DNA of 64,000 bases from Halocafeteria seosinensis. Taxonomy: Eukaryota. The translations under genes and the position numbers were made by a program. The stretch spans positions 1-64,000 of the forward strand of contig LVLI01000281.1 of the NCBI GenBank assembly GCA_001687465.1, written 5' to 3'. Under the pieces are notes generated by a model. It did not search any database. It had not been told where the DNA came from and saw nothing but the letters and a program-made list of their open reading frames with translations. Shown in pieces: positions 59,454 to 64,000 of the stretch. Position 1 is the stretch's first letter. Every line of letters starts with the position of its first letter.

Positions 59454-62400
59454 ATGTCCACTCAAGTGTCTTCCAACGCAGAAGAGAGAATGTAAGTGCA
59501 TCGGAACAACACAGCATTCTCTGTCTCCACAGAGTGTATGAAGTGGGAACGCGCAAAACCTCGGAGCAGATTCCCCTGGTCTCCCCCTCGTAAATGCTTT
59601 TTGTTGTTTCCTTGACGAGGTCCGCACAGGAACACACAAAACTGACGCTGGACAGAGGAAATTGAGAGGTTCCACGGGGACCAACAAGGGATTATTTGTC
59701 ATTGAAGGGAGTTTGTAGTAGCCTCTGAAGTCGAGAACACGGTACCCTCTGGGTCACCCTGGGGTCAGCAGGCAACTACGTGAATCTCCGCGGGTTTTCC
59801 AGCGCACGATGTTGCACGTGCCAAGGACCTTCGTCTTATCCCTCCCTTTCACAAAGATCTTGTCTGTGTGATCGCATTTGTATTGCGGTAGCTCGTTGGA
59901 TTTGCGCATTGCGTGTGCAAAGTTCATGGGTTGAAGTTATCCCAGATTCCCAAGATGGTTTACCTTCTGATGTTCCGTTAATACAGGCAAAAAATTCCTG
60001 GAGCTGGAAAGGATGCCGTTCTCGATTACACAACGGCTGAAGATGATGAAATGACATATTCCATCACGGATGTGTCTGTTGTGGATCATAAGCCAGCTGC
60101 CAACCAGAAAGATGTCCTGTTCTGTGTTCGGTCAAGGAAATCGAATGGATCATCTCAGAAAGTTTGGAGATCTTTCAAGGATTTCAAGATGCTACAAGAT
60201 GATCTTTACGCATACGGTGTACTTAATTCTAGCGACGGTGTGCAATTGCAAGACCGTCGATGGTTCCAGTACGAGCTTCCCCAATTTTCCGTCCCTGGGA
60301 TGACCTCTGGTCGGACTGAACAACCGGATGACCCAGAAACTGTCCAAGACTCTGCTTCCGAAGACGTATCCGATACTGAGTCAAATAGTAGCTCGTCTGG
60401 AGGGTGCTGCATACATCCCGATTTCGCTGACCTCAGACGGCTGCAGCTGGATGACTACCTGAAAAATCTTCTTTCTATTGGAAGCCGAGTGTTGGACACC
60501 ACTAGCTTCCGTGGGTTTGTGAAACCCGCCGAACGTGTTGACTGGCCTCCACATATTGGGCCCATTGATCTGGCAAAGCATGATTTACCTCACAAATCGA
60601 GTTACACCGAGTGGTGGTACTATAACACACACTTTACTGATACCGAAGGAAATGAATACAGTGCCTTCGTTTGCTTCTTTCGGATCGCGAAAAGCGTTGA
60701 TCAAAAGACTGGGGAAAAGACTTACGCACACGCACTGAACTTTGGATTTACTGATGTCCAAAACGAGAAATACTACCAAGAAGTCCTTGTGGACAAGGAC
60801 TCACCGGAGATCGTAAAGAAACAATTGGAAGATGACCGGGTGATCCGAGATCCGCGTTTACGCCGTGCGTACTTGGAAATTTTGGAAAAGGGCAACGTTC
60901 CCAAGCCAGACAGAATGTTCAAGGAGGAAATTGAATGCAACGAAAACAAGTTCAACATTCGTTTCGAGACAGCATCTGTTAAGAAAGACAGAAAGGGGCG
61001 TTATGTCGTGAAGGCATCCACTGAGGACGGAAGCACTTCCATTGATTTTGTTTGTGATCCGGTTAAGCCTGCGGTTCGTCATGGAGCAGATGGTGTTGTG
61101 AAGGGCCATGATGGAGATGACATGTACTACTACCTTATTCCTCGCTGCAACCTTTCGGGGTCGTTCCAAGTCGATGGTGTGTCTCGGCGTGTTGCTTCGG
61201 GAACTGGCTGGTATGACCACGAATTCGGGGGATACCGCAGTGAAGAAACTGTTCCCATGAACTATGCTTGGAACTGGGCAGCCATCCAGCTCGACAACGA
61301 CCATGAACTGTCTCTTGCAGTGCTTGTTGACCCTGTCAGCACCCCACAGAAAGTAATGGAAACGAGAGCAATCATTATCGACCCGCAAGGAAGAAGACTT
61401 CAACCACGAGATCTTGTTTTCGAAGGCACAAAATGGTGGACCTCTGTAAGAAGTTTCAACGAGTATCCCACCGAATGGAGAGTCAACATTGAATCAGCTG
61501 GCGTTGATCTGACCCTCACTGCCCCCTTTGCCGATCAGGAGTTCGTTACACTTATAGCTAAGCCCGCGTTCTGGGAAGGCCGTGTCGATGTACATGGGAC
61601 AATGAATGGCAAACGTGTTACGGGAAGAGGTTTCATTGAAAGAAACGGATTCAGTCCACTGTCAGAGCTTAATACTTTCTTTAAAGCCGTCGGGAAGAAA
61701 ACTCGCGAGATGGTACGAGAAATTTACCCGGACAATCCGAACTACGAAGAGACGCTTCGTTTGGTTGCTACTCCGGAGACTCAGCACTACATGGAAGGTG
61801 TTCCTTACGACAAGGTATATGATGGTATCATTGCTCCTGTCCGACATATTTCCGACCGGGGTGGGAAGTCTTGGAGAAGTTATGGTGCGTTGGCCTGCAT
61901 GGACATTGTGGGAGGTGATGCTCGCAACTTTGTACGGTGGCTCGCTATGCCTGAGTTCATGCATGTTGGATCTCTTATCATAGATGACATCCAAGACAAG
62001 TCCACCGTCCGTCGTGGAGTTGAAAGCTGCCACTTGGTCTATGGAGAATCGATTGCAATTAACGCTGGAACGGCGGCATATTTCCAGGGTCAACAAATGC
62101 TGAAGGTCGATTGCCTCTCCGACAAGGAGATGAATGAGGTGTACGATTTATACTTCGCTGCTCTTCGTGGTGGTCATGCGGGCCAAGCGTTAGATATTGC
62201 GGGACTTGATTACCTTATGGATGACTGCATCTCTCGAGGTGATTCTGCGCTTCCTGAGCAACGTATTCTTGCTGTACATCGATTGAAGACGGCGGTTCCC
62301 GCCGGCTCACTCGCTCGAATGGGCGCAATAGTAGGTGGAGGAACGAAAGAACAGGTTGAGGCCGTGGGCAAATACTTTGAGAACGTGGGTGTTGCTTTCC

Positions 62401-62935
62401 AAGTCATGGATGATGTCCTAAACCTTCGTGGTTTGGTAACAGGTGATGCTGACCGTGTTAAAGACGTACGCCTGAAAAATCTCGGAGAGGATATAACCGC
62501 AGGCAAAGTCACCATCCCAGTTGTGAAAGCCATTGGTCGCTTGTCTCGGGAAGAGATGACCGACTTGTGGAACACTATCAAGACAAAGCCAAGTGATGCG
62601 GAGACCATAGCTCATTGCATTAACGTACTGGAAGAATGTGGTGCTTTGGATGCATGCGTACAGCATGCCATTGACATGGTGGAGGAGGCCTGGGCCGAGC
62701 TGGACCCATTGATTGAAGACTCGTTTTCTAAAATTATGTTGCGTTCCTTCGGCTGGTTTGTTACTGAACGAACTTACTAGACTTATTGTTCCTATCATCC
62801 TTAGTATATTCCTTTGTAACCTATGCCCGAATCGCACGACCGGTGCAAAATTCGGCATAACAGGACTGTGTATCGCCTCATTCGTAGACATATGCGGTCG
62901 CTGGCTTAGGAATAAGTTTTTCATCTATCTGAATA
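59454..62935 (+). repeat. Direct segmental duplicate of about 53409-56885
   Basis: Shared upstream blocks (ATGTCCACTCAAGTG, ATGCTTTTTGTTGTTTC, GTCCGCACA), near-identical CDS and shared 3' flank (ATCGCACGACCGGTGCAAAATTCGGCATA, CGTAGACATATGCGGTCGCTGGCTTAGGAATA). Confidence 0.92.
60051..62780 (+). CDS. PX domain + CrtC/AttH lipocalin-like domain + trans-isoprenyl diphosphate synthase fusion, copy 2
   Basis: Intact 909-aa ORF with all the motifs of copy 1; about 48 amino-acid differences by manual count (about 95% identity). Confidence 0.88.
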   Translation: MTYSITDVSVVDHKPAANQKDVLFCVRSRKSNGSSQKVWRSFKDFKMLQDDLYAYGVLNSSDGVQLQDRRWFQYELPQFSVPGMTSGRTEQPDDPETVQDSASEDVSDTESNSSSSGGCCIHPDFADLRRLQLDDYLKNLLSIGSRVLDTTSFRGFVKPAERVDWPPHIGPIDLAKHDLPHKSSYTEWWYYNTHFTDTEGNEYSAFVCFFRIAKSVDQKTGEKTYAHALNFGFTDVQNEKYYQEVLVDKDSPEIVKKQLEDDRVIRDPRLRRAYLEILEKGNVPKPDRMFKEEIECNENKFNIRFETASVKKDRKGRYVVKASTEDGSTSIDFVCDPVKPAVRHGADGVVKGHDGDDMYYYLIPRCNLSGSFQVDGVSRRVASGTGWYDHEFGGYRSEETVPMNYAWNWAAIQLDNDHELSLAVLVDPVSTPQKVMETRAIIIDPQGRRLQPRDLVFEGTKWWTSVRSFNEYPTEWRVNIESAGVDLTLTAPFADQEFVTLIAKPAFWEGRVDVHGTMNGKRVTGRGFIERNGFSPLSELNTFFKAVGKKTREMVREIYPDNPNYEETLRLVATPETQHYMEGVPYDKVYDGIIAPVRHISDRGGKSWRSYGALACMDIVGGDARNFVRWLAMPEFMHVGSLIIDDIQDKSTVRRGVESCHLVYGESIAINAGTAAYFQGQQMLKVDCLSDKEMNEVYDLYFAALRGGHAGQALDIAGLDYLMDDCISRGDSALPEQRILAVHRLKTAVPAGSLARMGAIVGGGTKEQVEAVGKYFENVGVAFQVMDDVLNLRGLVTGDADRVKDVRLKNLGEDITAGKVTIPVVKAIGRLSREEMTDLWNTIKTKPSDAETIAHCINVLEECGALDACVQHAIDMVEEAWAELDPLIEDSFSKIMLRSFGWFVTERTY

Positions 62936-63395
62936 ATATTGGACTCCGTGACATGTAAAATGTTCATATTCTATCGCTATATCTTCCTCCATACTGACTT
63001 ATACACCGCAACGCAAGTATAGTATGTGCGGGTCCTTCGAGCGCCGGCGACTAAGTACCAGTAGTTCACCACCTCCTAGTTGGAATTCAAGACGCTCAAA
63101 CCTCTGTACAAATACCCTGTAAAAGATTACCATGTATCAAGGCGCTTCGTTTATATCCGTTCACTGAGACGACGAGGTACCTCCAGTTGCTAAGCATGTA
63201 GCACTAGCGAAAGCAAATATATATATCGTCAATGTACTACCTTGATAGTATCAATGTAGTTCGAGCTTCGAAGTCTGTGGAGCAACGGGCTACAAAAAGG
63301 ACGTCTCCTTCAACTTTCCCTTCGTCGACTCTGGACCCTTAAGGCATGAGAGGATGACCACTGTTTTGTGGGTATGTCCAGTTTTACACACATAA

Positions 63396-63430
<35 letters not shown>
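63396..63430. repeat. Compound (CT)n(GT)n microsatellite
   Basis: CTCTCT... directly followed by GTGTGT... upstream of the last gene. Confidence 0.9.
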
Positions 63431-63606
63431 CCGCCCTCCGTGTATTACCCACGAAAGGCAACATTCGCCAGAGGCAGTTTTGTGGAGTGACCCGTGTTTT
63501 GCCTTGTATTAGCCAAGAACTTCGCTCTTCGTGCACCTACAGGCTCTGTATGCGTATATTCAACGCTAACAACGACAACGCATAACACGACAGGGTGCAT
63601 GGCGCC

Positions 63607-64000
63607 ATGGATAGCGGTAGCAGCAGCCGGGACGATAGTTTCTGGAGCATTCCATGGGACGCGATGCCTTCCCAGAATGCTTCTACTAGCTACAGTGTAG
63701 AGAGCGATCCCAGCCGAAGTCTGTATGCCACAGATCATAGTGACTCGTATGATGCAGCAGCATTGACTGGGGCGTCCGAAGCAGCGGCAAGAAGTTTGGC
63801 AAGCCTGTTATACGATGAAGACGTTCTGGAGGAATCCCAGGTCCCTGGAACACCCATACATACCCAAACAAGGACTCAACAGAATGGCTATGCTTCAGAG
63901 GCCAATCATCGAGATGCACCAGGCTATGTTCCCCAATGGAGTAGTGAAGAAGAGTATTATAGTGGCTCTGCAGCTGCCGAACATGTGCTCTCCCAACGAG
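63607..64000 (+). CDS. 5' part of a gene truncated by the window end
   Basis: ATG at 63607 (MDSGSSSRDDSFWSIPWDAMPSQ...) with an open frame to position 64000; no domain visible yet. Confidence 0.55.
   Translation, partial: MDSGSSSRDDSFWSIPWDAMPSQNASTSYSVESDPSRSLYATDHSDSYDAAALTGASEAAARSLASLLYDEDVLEESQVPGTPIHTQTRTQQNGYASEANHRDAPGYVPQWSSEEEYYSGSAAAEHVLSQR

Noticed and set aside
1..64000. CRISPR arrays, prophage, transposase or reverse transcriptase genes, rRNA
   Set aside because: None seen; the window is intron-containing eukaryotic DNA with no such motifs or spaced repeats.

Overview
Gene-dense nuclear DNA of a microbial eukaryote with many short (about 55-105 nt) GT-AG introns; a protist such as a stramenopile is plausible but cannot be established from this window. 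Recognisable housekeeping genes: class II glycerate kinase, mitochondrial ribosomal protein bL33, EMC10-like, TIM22, a METTL6/METTL2-type tRNA m3C methyltransferase, TMEM267-like, methylcrotonyl-CoA carboxylase alpha, tRNA-Pro(UGG), a PRUNE/PPX1 exopolyphosphatase, glutamate-cysteine ligase, PMS2, a kynurenine aminotransferase-like enzyme, a secreted C45 Ntn-hydrolase and a LOA1/Vps66-like acyltransferase. There are also several long low-complexity or coiled-coil proteins. The standout is a tandemly duplicated three-domain fusion (54000-56735 and 60051-62780): a PX domain, a CrtC/AttH lipocalin-like hydratase/cyclase-type domain and a trans-isoprenyl diphosphate synthase. This looks like a membrane-targeted bifunctional terpenoid enzyme, and its two copies flank the lipid acyltransferase gene. 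Also notable: a candidate box C/D snoRNA in an unusually long GCLC intron, a PIN/XPG-like nuclease with a CCCH finger and RGG tail, and decayed local duplicates of gene 3' ends. All calls come from motif recognition by eye; no searches were run.
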